A DNA stretch of 64,000 bases, taken from the NCBI GenBank assembly GCA_016235825.1, contig JACRIL010000152.1, positions 53,414-117,413 on the forward strand, given 5' to 3'. Below the pieces are notes generated by a model. That model saw only the letters and a list, made by a program, of their open reading frames with translations, was not told the origin of the DNA and searched no databases. Below are positions 44,659-55,953 of the stretch, piece after piece. How positions within the stretch are numbered: the first letter of the stretch is position 1; each line of letters begins with the position of its first letter. Made by a program: the position numbers and the translations under genes. This stretch comes from Planctomycetota bacterium. GTDB taxonomy: Bacteria > Planctomycetota > Phycisphaerae > SM23-33.

Positions 44659-44812
44659 TAGCCGAACCGTTGTCGCCAGGCTGAATTATACTCTGTATTC
44701 AGCCGCCCGGGCAAGGCCGAAGGCCCCGGCGCATACCGCATGCGCCGTAGGCCTCTGATTATAAAGACCCGCCAGACTTGACCAGGTTAGGCGAAAAAAG
44801 TAGGATTTCGGC

Positions 44813-45388
44813 ATGATTCTGATGATCGACAACTACGACAGCTTTACCTACAACCTTGTCCAGCGGATCGGCGAGCTTGGCACGCCGCACGCGATAAAGG
44901 TCGTCCGCAACGACGTTATGCCGCCCGACCAGGCGCAGGCTGAGATTAAACCGACCCACCTGATCATCTCGCCGGGCCCCTGCACGCCCAACGAGGCCGG
45001 CCTGAGCTGCGACTACATCCGCCATTTTCACGGGAAGATCCCGATCCTCGGCGTCTGCCTGGGCCATCAGGCCATAGGGCAGGTCTTCGGCGGAAAGGTC
45101 ATCCGGGCAGGCAGATTGATGCACGGCAAGACCAGCCAGATCCGCCACGACGCGAAAGGCGTCTTCGCCGGCCTGCCCAACCCCTTCACCGCCACGCGAT
45201 ATCACAGTCTGGTGGTCGACCCGGCCGGTCTGGACGGCGATTTCATCCAGACCGCCTGGACCGTCGATCAGAACGAACTGATGGGCATCCGCAGCAGGAC
45301 CAAACCCACCGAAGGCGTACAGTTCCACCCCGAAAGCTTCCTCACCGAATCCGGCTACGAACTGCTCCGGAATTTTCTGAATATGTGA
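44813..45388 (+). CDS. Glutamine amidotransferase, anthranilate/aminodeoxychorismate synthase component II (TrpG/PabA)
   Basis: 191 aa; MILMIDNYDSFTYNLVQ start, catalytic GVCLGHQAIG (Cys), and HPES (His/Glu) triad region. Confidence 0.8.
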   Translation: MILMIDNYDSFTYNLVQRIGELGTPHAIKVVRNDVMPPDQAQAEIKPTHLIISPGPCTPNEAGLSCDYIRHFHGKIPILGVCLGHQAIGQVFGGKVIRAGRLMHGKTSQIRHDAKGVFAGLPNPFTATRYHSLVVDPAGLDGDFIQTAWTVDQNELMGIRSRTKPTEGVQFHPESFLTESGYELLRNFLNM

Positions 45389-45400
45389 AAATTTACGTGG

Positions 45401-45451
45401 CACGGGCGTCCCGCCCGTGTGTCCCATGGGCATCTTGCCCATGCCTGTTTT
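45401..45451 (+). terminator. Two tandem hairpins downstream of trpG/pabA ending in gtttt (terminator candidate)
   Basis: cacgggcg-tcc-cgcccgtg (45401-45419) and catgggca-tct-tgcccatg (45425-45443) followed by cctgtttt. Confidence 0.35.
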
Positions 45452-45584
45452 GTGCTGCAAACGCCACGGTTGCCGTTTCTGCCGCAGGAGCCAGACCCGC
45501 ACCGCAACAGAGTATCCCAAAGCATGGTTGACGCCGCCGGAAATAATTGCTATCATTGCTATCAGATTTAGCCAGAGGTGAGAT

Positions 45585-45944
45585 ATGCCAAAGAAACAGA
45601 TTCACATCCGCGACGTGCCGGAGTCGCTCTACGAGTGGATTGAGAGCGAGCGCCACGCCAAGCGGGTGTCGCAAAAGGAATTCCTGTTGAAGGTAATCGG
45701 GAATGCCGCCGCACATTCCACGGCAGACACGGGAGCGTCGGGGCCGTCGGCTTTCAGCCGAATGACCATGGTTTACTGGAAGAGCAAGAAGTTCTGGCTG
45801 GGCAAGTTGCTCGAACATCCGGAAATCATGACGCAAGGCCGAACGCTGGAGGAATTGGAGCGGAACATCCGCGAAGCGTATATGCTGATGGCGTTTGACG
45901 AGGTGCCCGAAAAGTACCAAATCCGCGAAGTGGTCATGACATGA
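45585..45944 (+). CDS. HicB-like antitoxin with N-terminal ribbon-helix-helix segment
   Basis: N-terminal KQIHIRDVPESLYEWIESERHAKRVSQKEFLLKVI (RHH-like beta-strand + helices); C-terminal MVYWKSKKFWLGKLLEHPEIMTQGRTLEELERNIREAYMLMAF resembles HicB UPF0150 fold; stop overlaps hicA start (ATGA). Confidence 0.5.
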   Translation: MPKKQIHIRDVPESLYEWIESERHAKRVSQKEFLLKVIGNAAAHSTADTGASGPSAFSRMTMVYWKSKKFWLGKLLEHPEIMTQGRTLEELERNIREAYMLMAFDEVPEKYQIREVVMT

Positions 45945-46123
45945 AACGGCGAGAGTTGCTTCGCAGATTGCGGCAGGAGGGATGCGTCTTTCTCCGCGCC
46001 GGCGGCAAACACGACATCTACGTGAATCCAAAGACGGGGAAGAAGCAGCCGGTTCTCCGGCATAGCGAGATCGACGAACATTTGGCCAGGCACATCTTGC
46101 GATACCTGGGACTGGAGCAATAG
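45941..46123 (+). CDS. hicA: HicA mRNA-interferase toxin
   Basis: 60 aa; LLRRLRQEGCVFLRAGGKHDIYVNPKTGKKQPVLRHSEI...ILRYLGL matches HicA consensus including the GxH catalytic motif (GGKH). Confidence 0.65.
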   Translation: MKRRELLRRLRQEGCVFLRAGGKHDIYVNPKTGKKQPVLRHSEIDEHLARHILRYLGLEQ

Positions 46124-46400
46124 CAAAATGCCGTTTGTTTTCCCGGAAGCGAATGGCTTTGGGATGATCGCAAATGCTTTATTGTAACGTTTCAGGATGA
46201 AACACTTGAAGTTGTATGCAAGGAAGTCGTCTTTCTGGGCCGTTATTCTACCGACAGCGTCAAGAAAGCCCTCAAACAGTGTATGCTGGAGAAGTGAACA
46301 TAACCGTTTTCCACAGGCAACGAGTCGCATGACTTTCTTGTTCAGGCCCCTTCTGTCACGGGCCTTTGGGCGGCTGGTTTTGACGGATTAAACAGAGAAT

Positions 46401-46478
46401 TTTATTTCGCCCCTTCAGGGCTTGACTGTTATGGCGGCCGATTTCCTGGGGCGTTGCCCCAGGCTTTCATATTGCGCC
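46401..46478. repeat. Left arm of ~78-nt imperfect inverted repeat (MITE-like / structured RNA element)
   Basis: tttatttcgccccttcagggctt...cctggggcgttgccccagg...ttcatattgcgc; ~75-80% identical to reverse complement of 46681-46758; contains internal perfect hairpin cctggggc-gtt-gccccagg (46446-46464). Confidence 0.5.
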
Positions 46479-46680
46479 CCGTTGGGGCTTCACGATTTTC
46501 TCGTCATTTATAAAGTTGGCGATTCAAAGTATGATGAGCCGGTCGATGGGTTATTTTTTAAAGCCCCGCATGTAAATGCGGAGATGTTGTTGTCTTTGTA
46601 GTTAAAAAAAGAAAATTTTCCCCTGCTCGCGCAGGAGGCTTCAGGAATGGTTCGCCGATGGATGTTACGCCCTGAGAAGG

Positions 46681-46758
46681 GCAAAATATGACAGCCCAGG
46701 GCAACGCCCTGGGAATCGGCGAAAATAAGATCGTAAAGCCCTGAAGAGGCGAAATAAG
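46681..46758. repeat. Right arm of the inverted repeat pair
   Basis: Reverse complement cttatttcgcctcttcagggctt...cccagggcgttgccctggg...gtcatattttgc; internal hairpin cccagggc-aac-gccctggg (46695-46713) differs from the left-arm hairpin by two compensatory base-pair changes. Confidence 0.5.
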
Positions 46759-46828
46759 GCGGTCGGATTTGGCTATCAGACGGGTAAAATGACCTTTGTA
46801 GCGTTGCAGGACTAACGGGAAAATATTT

Positions 46829-48862
46829 ATGGCGTGGTTGGGCGAATATTACAGGCAGCGCGGCGGCGGGGCGGCGTCATCCATCAGCAGGTGGCGGACG
46901 ACGGCGGATATCGGCGTTATCCTGCTGCTGATCGTCGCGATGGCCGCCATCGCGGACCACGCGCCCAGCACGACCTACGCATTCGCCCAGCTCAACAACA
47001 TCGGCAGCGCGATGGCAATGGAGCAGAACGGCAACTGGCTGTCGCCGGTGAACCAGGTGGGCAATGTGCCCCGCAAGGGGCCGCTGACGTTCTGGGCGCT
47101 GGGCGGGCTGCTGAAGCTGACGGACGCCCGCGACGACCTGATTTTTCGCCTGCCGAATATTCTGTGCTCATTGGCGACGGCGGTGCTGATCTATCTGCTG
47201 GCCGGGCGATGGTACAACAGGCGGGCGGCGCTGCTTTCGGCGTGCCTGTGGGTCGTCATGCTGCATATGAGCAAGCAGATCAACGTCGCACTTACCGACA
47301 TGATGCTGACAATGTGGCTGACGGGGGCGATCTTCTGCCTGGACCGGCTGGTGTTCCATCGCGCCGGGGGCAGCCGGGCGTGGTGGTGGGTCGCCGGCTT
47401 CTGGGCGTGCATGACTTTGAGCGGCATCACGAAAGGCTGGGGGCTGGTCAGTCTGGCGCTGGTGTTTTTCTTCATGATACTTGCGGCGGGACTGGGTGGC
47501 GGGTTCAAACCGCTGCGGCTGGCGATGCCGTGGTTCGACAGGCCGATACTGGCCGGGCGGATAATTATCCGGCGGGCGTGGCGGGCGTTCTTATGCACGC
47601 GACCGGCCTGGGGTCTGCCGGTTTTTGTCGCGGTTATCGGCACGGTTCTGGGCGCGATGATCTGGAACGGCGGGCAGGAATTCGTCCGCGACGCGCTGGG
47701 CGTGGAGATCGGCCAGCGGATAACCGGCGAAGGCGAGACGGCCCCGGTCCGCGGTTGGACCCTGCCGCCGCTGCAACTGATCTATTTCACGCTGCCGGCG
47801 TCGTATCTGGCGCTGATCGCGTTTTGCTTTGTCAGGCCGGGCCTGTGGCTGGGCCGCAAGGGGCCGCTGTGCCTGCCGATTTTCTGGATTATCGCGGTGG
47901 TCGTGCCGTATTCGATTCCGCACGGGTTCCGGCCGGATTATCTGCTGCCGTGCTACGCGGCGGTGGCGATCATGGGCGGATGGGCGGTTGATCGGCTGGC
48001 AGAACTGGCCCGGCTGACCAATCGCGGCCGGCTGGGGGGGCGGGCCGGACGGACGGTGATCTTCGCCCGGCACGCGATGGCGGCAGTGCCGGTGCTGATT
48101 GGTGCGGCGATCTTCGTGCTGGCCAGCGCATACTTTTTCCGCGAACTGCTGCCGGCCGCATGGCAGCTCGACAAGCTTCTGCCGATGCCGTTTTTAATCG
48201 GCCCCGAGACCTGGCCGATGCTCTGGGCGTGCATGACGCTGGGCGTCTGCACGATTGCGGCCGGCGTCTGGGCGAGCCTGACCTGGCGGATAAGGACGGT
48301 CGGGGCGGCTGCGATTTACGGCATGCTGTGCGCGGCGTTCCTGGCGACGCACTTCATCAATCCCGAGGCACGCACCGGCGACGGCGAAAAGATGCGGACA
48401 CTGGCGATGGACGTCCGGCCGATCGTCGGGGCCGACCGATATTACGTCCACAAGTGCGAGAAGCTTTCGGTCGAACTGTATTTCGGGCAGTTTGGCCAAA
48501 AGCTTCTGCCCGGCGGCGTCGGCGATCCGTCGATAAAGTACGATCCTTGTGATTCCGGTCGTGATTTCACGCTAACTATCGGCGATCCGGCGATCCGCTG
48601 GCTGATGACGTGCGACCGCGGTCTGGTCGAGATGGGCGCAGCCGTCGAAAAACCTGGAGGAGACTTCACGCTCAAACTCGGCAATGCGAGAAAAACCTTT
48701 GACACTTGGCCCGATATACTGGGCCAAGTCGTCCGGTCAAGCCCATCCGTAGTCTCGCAAGGCTGGGGCAGGATATATCTGATCCGTCTCCATACCCGCC
48801 CGATCCGCCTGTGGTCCAAACCATTCGACACCGGCTTCATACCCGGCGCACCGGGCGAATAA
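46829..48862 (+). CDS. ArnT/PMT-family (GT39/GT83-like) membrane glycosyltransferase
   Basis: 677 aa; ~11 N-terminal TM helices with PLTFWALGGLLKL and LPNILCSLATAVLIYLLAGRW pattern typical of dolichyl/undecaprenyl-phosphate-sugar-dependent glycosyltransferases; large C-terminal periplasmic domain. Confidence 0.65.
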   Translation: MAWLGEYYRQRGGGAASSISRWRTTADIGVILLLIVAMAAIADHAPSTTYAFAQLNNIGSAMAMEQNGNWLSPVNQVGNVPRKGPLTFWALGGLLKLTDARDDLIFRLPNILCSLATAVLIYLLAGRWYNRRAALLSACLWVVMLHMSKQINVALTDMMLTMWLTGAIFCLDRLVFHRAGGSRAWWWVAGFWACMTLSGITKGWGLVSLALVFFFMILAAGLGGGFKPLRLAMPWFDRPILAGRIIIRRAWRAFLCTRPAWGLPVFVAVIGTVLGAMIWNGGQEFVRDALGVEIGQRITGEGETAPVRGWTLPPLQLIYFTLPASYLALIAFCFVRPGLWLGRKGPLCLPIFWIIAVVVPYSIPHGFRPDYLLPCYAAVAIMGGWAVDRLAELARLTNRGRLGGRAGRTVIFARHAMAAVPVLIGAAIFVLASAYFFRELLPAAWQLDKLLPMPFLIGPETWPMLWACMTLGVCTIAAGVWASLTWRIRTVGAAAIYGMLCAAFLATHFINPEARTGDGEKMRTLAMDVRPIVGADRYYVHKCEKLSVELYFGQFGQKLLPGGVGDPSIKYDPCDSGRDFTLTIGDPAIRWLMTCDRGLVEMGAAVEKPGGDFTLKLGNARKTFDTWPDILGQVVRSSPSVVSQGWGRIYLIRLHTRPIRLWSKPFDTGFIPGAPGE

Positions 48863-49185
48863 TTTTTTTGGGATGAGAACCATTTTTTGTTTACTCGCAT
48901 GAATTTAAAGAGGGGCAAGGTATTCATATCCCGCCGGACGCCATTGGCCGCATCTGTCTTGTCTGGCGTAGCCTTGGCGAAGCCGGATTGCGGCCATGTG
49001 GTTTTTTTGTAGCGTGGGCGTCTCGCTCGCGTGTGTCGTGGCCATCTTAGCCGCGATACCCGATCTTTGAAGGTTTAAAAAAGCACATGCTCGCAAACAG
49101 ATACGAGCATGACACCATTTTTTATCTCTTGGCGCGAGATCGGCAATGCCACCCGCCTATTATTCAGATATCCGCGATCGCCGGC

Positions 49186-50907
49186 TCACTTTTCAAAAGG
49201 AATCGTAACAAGATAGACCTCGCCTTTTTGGTGAACTTCCACTTCGATGGCCGCTGGACATTCCATTACATCATAAGATCGCGGAGACATATAATCAAAA
49301 GCCTGGGATATTTTATCGTCCACAACAATATAGTACTTGTTGCCTCTTACTGCTGTGTACCAGAAATGGCGATCATCAGGGCTGAAATGAATGATTGTAA
49401 GTCTATCATCAAACTCGGGGCCTGTTAAATTATCGCATACAACATAATTATGATTGTTCCGTCTTAAAACGCAGGCAAACTTTTTGCCATTCGGACTTAA
49501 GACCGGGCGAAACATCCTCTCCGATCTGAAAACCTCTTTTCCATTGTTTATAAAAAGATCTTGCCCATTATTGTATATCACATAAAATATATTATTGCTG
49601 TCGTTGCTGAATTGCAGCCAATTTATAGACCCGTTGAATGAGTCCACTTTTCCATCTATGACAGCCTGCGTTATATCATTTTTTCGACCGGCAAAGGCAT
49701 ATCTCTTTCCATCGGGACTGAAGGTAAATTCATAAATAGATTCATATTCATCCGAATCTTTCCCGTCAATTCGCAGTATTCTGTTTCTGACATGAGAATG
49801 GCAGATTGCGAACCTATGATTGTCAAGATTATAATTTAGAAAATTCACAAACTCATATTCTCCTATATCCGTATCGTCCTGTACCAAAATGGATTTCTTC
49901 CCTTTTCTGGCGACATACAGTAAAGGCTTTCCGTCAGCTCCCAATGCGGGGCCGCAATAGTCCGGGCCTTTCGGCAACCTGGATGTGCTGAAAGTGACAG
50001 ATGTCTGATAAATATCATCATAGACTTGTCCTTCCTTGCCGTTACATACAACTATCCATTTATCGCCTTTTTGGGCGGCGTAGGCGTAGTGGCTTTCGTC
50101 CCAACTGAAATTTATTGACCCGATGGCGTCATAAGGTTCCCCCTTGATGCCGTCGACAACCATGTAGCATTTTTTGCCGTCATGGGCCTGGTACGCCATT
50201 CGTTTTTCATTTCTGCTGAATGCCGGGGGATAAACTACTTTGAATTCCGGCCCAGCCTTTCCTTCGACATACATAGTACAAACGCTGTCTTTTATACCTA
50301 TGTACCAAAACATGTTCTTCTTGGGCGAGAACTCCAGATCGTCAACCTTGTCCACTTCAGGGCCGGGTTGACCATCCAGAAAGGCCATCCACTTGGAGTC
50401 CTTCTTGGCCAGGAAGGCAACCCGCCCATTTTCATCAATGGTATATATCTGGCCGACATATTTCTTCTTAAAACGATTACGGATTGAGAATGCATCTGTC
50501 GACCAAAACCTACGTTCATTGCCGCCGGTTAATCCCATTTCTAGAACTGCAGGACCTTTCGATGAAACAAGGATGTCGGAAACTTCAACGACTCCTGCCA
50601 GTTGGTCATATTCCCCTAAAAGCCGGCCATCTACATAAACGGCTTGCTTATCATTATTTGTCACAACATAAGACAAATGTTCAGAATATTTCGTTTTTCG
50701 GGAAGCCAAAGATTTAACATCATCTGGAATGGTTCTTTTTGGCCCGAGTTTTTTGCAATTTGGTCCGTTAAGGTCGATGATAAATTCCGTCAATGCCAGC
50801 GAGCTGACCGGCTGGGTGGAGGCGGGTTTAGTTGTCTGGCTGACGCAAAGACTGCCTTGAAGGCAGATCAGCAGGCCGGCCGCTATCACAATAACCGAGG
50901 TTCGCAT
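49186..50907 (-). CDS. Secreted WG/YG-repeat beta-propeller-like protein (low-GC gene)
   Basis: Start at internal ATG (MRTSVIVIAAGLLICLQGSL signal peptide); repeated modules of type YAxxxxxGxKxxVVxDGKxGxxYDxI (e.g. MAYQAHDGKKCYMVVDGIKGEPYDAI; YAYAAQKGDKWIVVCNGKEGQVYDDI); GC clearly lower than flanks. Confidence 0.5.
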   Translation of the reverse strand: MRTSVIVIAAGLLICLQGSLCVSQTTKPASTQPVSSLALTEFIIDLNGPNCKKLGPKRTIPDDVKSLASRKTKYSEHLSYVVTNNDKQAVYVDGRLLGEYDQLAGVVEVSDILVSSKGPAVLEMGLTGGNERRFWSTDAFSIRNRFKKKYVGQIYTIDENGRVAFLAKKDSKWMAFLDGQPGPEVDKVDDLEFSPKKNMFWYIGIKDSVCTMYVEGKAGPEFKVVYPPAFSRNEKRMAYQAHDGKKCYMVVDGIKGEPYDAIGSINFSWDESHYAYAAQKGDKWIVVCNGKEGQVYDDIYQTSVTFSTSRLPKGPDYCGPALGADGKPLLYVARKGKKSILVQDDTDIGEYEFVNFLNYNLDNHRFAICHSHVRNRILRIDGKDSDEYESIYEFTFSPDGKRYAFAGRKNDITQAVIDGKVDSFNGSINWLQFSNDSNNIFYVIYNNGQDLFINNGKEVFRSERMFRPVLSPNGKKFACVLRRNNHNYVVCDNLTGPEFDDRLTIIHFSPDDRHFWYTAVRGNKYYIVVDDKISQAFDYMSPRSYDVMECPAAIEVEVHQKGEVYLVTIPFEK

Positions 50908-50924
50908 TTTATCTCCCTTGATTA

Positions 50925-51833
50925 TCACCACCTGCTGTGGGCCTGCGTGCGGCTCTGGAGGTAGTCGGCGAAGAGTTCGCCCATGCTGCGTGAGGTGTCG
51001 CACAGGACGCGTTCGCAGCGGTTGGCGTCGCAGATGTTTTCGAGCCGCTCCATGTACGTCTTTACGGCCTCGAGGTAGGCGTCGCGTATTTCCGACGGGC
51101 GGGTGAGGTGTTTTTCGTCGATCTCCAGGCCGATGAATTTGACCAGGCCGGGCATGTCGAACTCCAGTTCATCGTGGTGCATCACGTGCATCAGGACGAC
51201 CTCGTGCCTGTCGTATTTAAGGCGCTGGAGAACCTTGTCCAGGTCGTCCAAGTCCGCCAGCAGGTCGCTTAAGATAACGACGATGCCCCTTCGCCCGAAC
51301 CGCCCGGCCAGTTCATGGATCGGCGGGCCTATCTTGGTTGTCTTCTCCGGTTTGGCCTTGTCGAGAATCTCCACCATCCGCATTATCTGGGCCATCGAGT
51401 TGGAGCCGGCCAGGACGGAGACAACTTCTTCGTCGAACAGTGCCAGCGAGACCTTGTCGGACTGCTCGACGACCAGGTACGCCAGAATGCTTGCCGCCCT
51501 GGCCGCGAAGAGCAGCTTCTGGCTGTCGCCCTGGCCGTAGCGCATCGAGGCCGACACGTCCAGCAGCAGGTGCACGGCCATGTCGGTCTCCATCTCGTAC
51601 TGTTTTATCACGTGCTTGTCGGTGCGGTAGTAGACCTTCCAGTCCAGGTGCTTGATGTCGTCGCCGGGAACGTACTCGCGGTGGCCGGAAAATTCGACTG
51701 CAAATCCGTGGAACGGCGACTTGTGCGTGCCGGCCATCGAACCCTCGACCAGCCCGCGAGGCATGAACTGCCAGTGCCTCAGGCGGCTGAGGACTTCCGG
51801 CTGAACGTATTTGCCCAGTACCCGCTTGGCCAT
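50925..51833 (-). CDS. DUF58 family protein (vWA-like, MoxR-associated)
   Basis: 302 aa; HKSPFHGFAVEFSGHREYVPGDDIKHLDWKVYYRTDKHVIKQYEME and LLLDVSASMRYG are the hallmark DUF58 motifs; directly downstream of MoxR. Confidence 0.7.
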   Translation of the reverse strand: MAKRVLGKYVQPEVLSRLRHWQFMPRGLVEGSMAGTHKSPFHGFAVEFSGHREYVPGDDIKHLDWKVYYRTDKHVIKQYEMETDMAVHLLLDVSASMRYGQGDSQKLLFAARAASILAYLVVEQSDKVSLALFDEEVVSVLAGSNSMAQIMRMVEILDKAKPEKTTKIGPPIHELAGRFGRRGIVVILSDLLADLDDLDKVLQRLKYDRHEVVLMHVMHHDELEFDMPGLVKFIGLEIDEKHLTRPSEIRDAYLEAVKTYMERLENICDANRCERVLCDTSRSMGELFADYLQSRTQAHSRW

Positions 51834-51839
51834 TCGCGC

Positions 51840-52966
<1,127 letters not shown>

Positions 52967-52970
<4 letters not shown>

Positions 52971-55951
52971 TCGCTTCCGCCGAAATACTGTTCCAGACGC
53001 TCTTCATAGCCGGGCGGGGGCGTCTGCTTGCCCGAGGATTTCATTGAATCCCTGGTTGCCTGGGGCAGGCTGGTGAACCACGTGTCGCCCTTCTTGTCGT
53101 CCTTTCCTCCTCCGGCGTCGCCCGCCCGCTGGCCGCCTGGCGTCAATTGCGGATCCTTGGACTGGTCCGACCTGCTTCTCTGCTGGTTCTGCTGTTGATT
53201 ATTCTGATTCTGGTTTTGGCCCTGCTGATTTTGTCCCTGTTGTTGCTGTTGGGCCTGCCTGGCGGCGTTTTGGGCCATTTGGGCGTTCCTTTCGCCGGCC
53301 ATCATTTGGGCGGTCTGCATCGCCGACTGCGGCGTCATGGTATTACCCATCTGATTATTCTGCTGTTGCTGGCCCTGCTGGTTCTGATTGGCCTGGTCCT
53401 GATTGGCCTGGTCCTGATTGGCCTGATCCTGGTTTGCCTGATCCTGGTTTGCCTGGTCCTGGTTGGCCTGATCCTGCGGCTGGTTGCCTGGCTCCTGCTT
53501 TTGAGGAAGCTGCCGGCCACCCAGTTTGGAGGCCGCATCCAGCGCCTGCCTGAGCGGCCTGTTGGCCATCTCCTGCCGGCCCGTCATCTCTTCCACGTCC
53601 TGGCCCAGTTCGGTGGTCGACTGGGCGTAGTCTTCCATGGCCTTCTGGAGTTCCTCGGCCAGCTTGTTGGCCTCCTCGTCGCCCTGGGGATTCTGCTCCA
53701 TTTTGCTGTCGAGTTTCTTGCCTGTTTCGGCGATCTGCTCGGAGGCCTTCTGCTGCTGCCTGGCCAGTTCGAGCATCTCCTTGGCCAGTTCAAGCTGTTC
53801 GTTGAGATTTTCCTTTTTCATGTCGGTAAGGACATTTGCCCGCTGCATTTCCTTGTCAACGCTGTCCTTGGCCTCATCCTTGGTCTGTTCCGTCTTGAGG
53901 TTATCGGGAGGCAGGGCCTTGGCCGCGTCGCTGGCCTGCTCGAGCGCCGAGGCGATGGGCGCCTGGGTTTCCGAGGCCAGCCTGGCCAGTTCGTTGAGGT
54001 CCTTGGAACTGGGGTTGGGCTTCTCCTGCATCGTCTTTTCGATCTTGTTCTTGAGGTCCTCGACATGCGTCAGCTCCGTCTGGGATGTTTTCTCCAGTTC
54101 CAGGGCGGTTTTTTCCATCTCCTTGTGTATCTGATTGATGGCCTGGTCCATTTTCCCGGCCGCTTCCTGGGATTTTTTGGCCGCGTCGTCGGTCTTGGCG
54201 GGCAGATTTTTGCCGGCTTCCTGGCCCGACTGGTTGGCCTCCTTTACGGTCTTTGCCGCGTCGTCAGCGATTTTTTCAAGGGCCTGACTGATCTTGTCGG
54301 TTACTTCATTGACGTTGTTCAGGTCTTCTTTGGCCTTGTCGATCTTGTCCTGCGGGGGTTTGGGCTTGAGGTCATTGGCGGTCTGCCTGGCCGTGGCCGA
54401 CGCCCGGTCGAGGGCCTCGGCTGCGCGGTTCAGTTCGCCCAGCTTTGTCGCCAGCGAATCGCGTTTTGTTTCGGCCAGCGCCGACGCCAGTTCCGCAATG
54501 GCCTTGCGGATGGCCTTTTCGGTCTCCTGCACGGCCTGGCTCCTGTCCGGCGAATTCTTCTCGATCGATTGCACGGTCGATTGGGCCTGCTGATGGGCCG
54601 TCTCCACGCGGGCTGTAACGACCATGGGCAGTTCCTTCTTTGAAGCCGCGTCGGCCAGTATCCCGACGACCGATTTCTGGTCCTGGGCCGCTTTGGCGGC
54701 CTGGCCCGCGAGTTCCTGGGCGATCGCCACCTCGATCTTCAGGGCCTGCTGCAGATTCAGCAGCGCCTGCTGCATCAGGGCGGCCAGAGCGTCAAGCTCT
54801 TTTGCCGACTTGTTGCCCTTCTGATCGGCCAGTTTGTCGGCGAGGCGTTTTTCCATCTCGGCCAGATACCCGATTACCCGCCCCTGCTGCTCGACGGCCT
54901 TGTCAGGGGATTGATCGAACATCAACTGTCTGGCTTGCCCGGCCGAAGCGGCGGATCTGTCGGCAAGGTCGACCAGGGATTTGTCGGCGGACACCTTGTT
55001 GCCAACCTCCTGTATCTTCAATTTTATGCTGTTCTGCTCGATCAAAGCGATTTCGGATTCTTTTCCGCTCATTTCGCCGGCGGCAACCTTGTTTTTCAAT
55101 TGCTGCTGCTGTTTCAGGAGCTGCCTGACGGCCTCAAGCGAGGTGGCGTCCTGCTGGAGTTTTTCCTCCAGCCGGCGGAGAAAGGCCAGAACCTTGTTGA
55201 GGGCGTCGAGCACGTCAGCCTGTATTTTGGCGGCGTCGGTGAACTTCGACACGTTGAGCTGGTCAACGGCCGAACTCATGACGCCCGGCAAGTTGGCCTT
55301 GAGCAGATTCCGCCGGGTTTCTCCCGCGATCGCACCGGCCTCGCCCGACCAGCCCGCGGCCTGCTCCAGCATGCCCATGAACTTGCCGTAAAGGACGGCG
55401 ACGGTCTTCTGGTTGTCCACGACCACAAGGGTCTCCTGGATGTCGGCGCCGGTGAGCTTGAGTGTGGATTCCCTGGTCTTCTTCTGCTGCCCGATGATCT
55501 CGGTGAGCCTGGCCGTCAGTTCGGCCTGCTGGCGCCGCATCCGCAGGCGCTCCTGCTCGGCAAGCAGGGCCAGCAGCACCTTCTGTTTTTTGCCGAGCAT
55601 CTGGGCTATCAGTTTGGGCCTGTCCTCGGGTTTGGCCTGGGCGGCCTTGTCCAGCAGTTCCATCACCTCCGGGATGATCTTGTTGGCGACATCGTCGAGC
55701 CGGCTGTGCATCGCCTTGAGATCCTCGTAGATCGGTATGTCCGTCAGCCCGTTGTCCTCGAGCTGCCGCAGCCGCATCGAGATCATCTCCGTGGCGATCT
55801 CCCTGGACATCTGCTGGGCCTCTCTCTGGCTGTCCTGAACCTTCCGGATGGCCTGGCTGTCCTGCGGGGCGGGCTGGCCGGCCCGAGCGGCGGAAATCGC
55901 GGGCAGAAACGCGGCGGCCAGCGCGGCCAGAAATATCGTCGCATTTTTCAT
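52967..55951 (-). CDS. Large secreted coiled-coil protein with Gln/Asn-rich repeat tail
   Basis: 994 aa; signal peptide MKNATIFLAALAAAFLPAISAARA; ~800 aa of heptad-like K/E/A/Q-rich sequence; C-terminal (DQANQ)x6 and poly-Q/N; 4-nt overlaps with flanking operon genes. Confidence 0.45.
53384..53477. repeat. 15-bp tandem repeat (~6 units, ctgattggcctggtc) encoding (DQANQ)n on the minus strand
   Basis: Direct reading of ctgattggcctggtcctgattggcctggtcctgattggcctgatcctggtttgcctgatcctggtttgcctggtcctggttggcctgatc; in-frame within CDS 52967-55951. Confidence 0.8.
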
Positions 55952-55953
55952 GT

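Noticed and set aside
53384-53477. Possible CRISPR array
   Set aside because: The 15-bp units are directly tandem with no spacers, sit in frame inside a long CDS and encode (DQANQ)n. No CRISPR-like repeat-spacer architecture or cas genes were found anywhere in the window.
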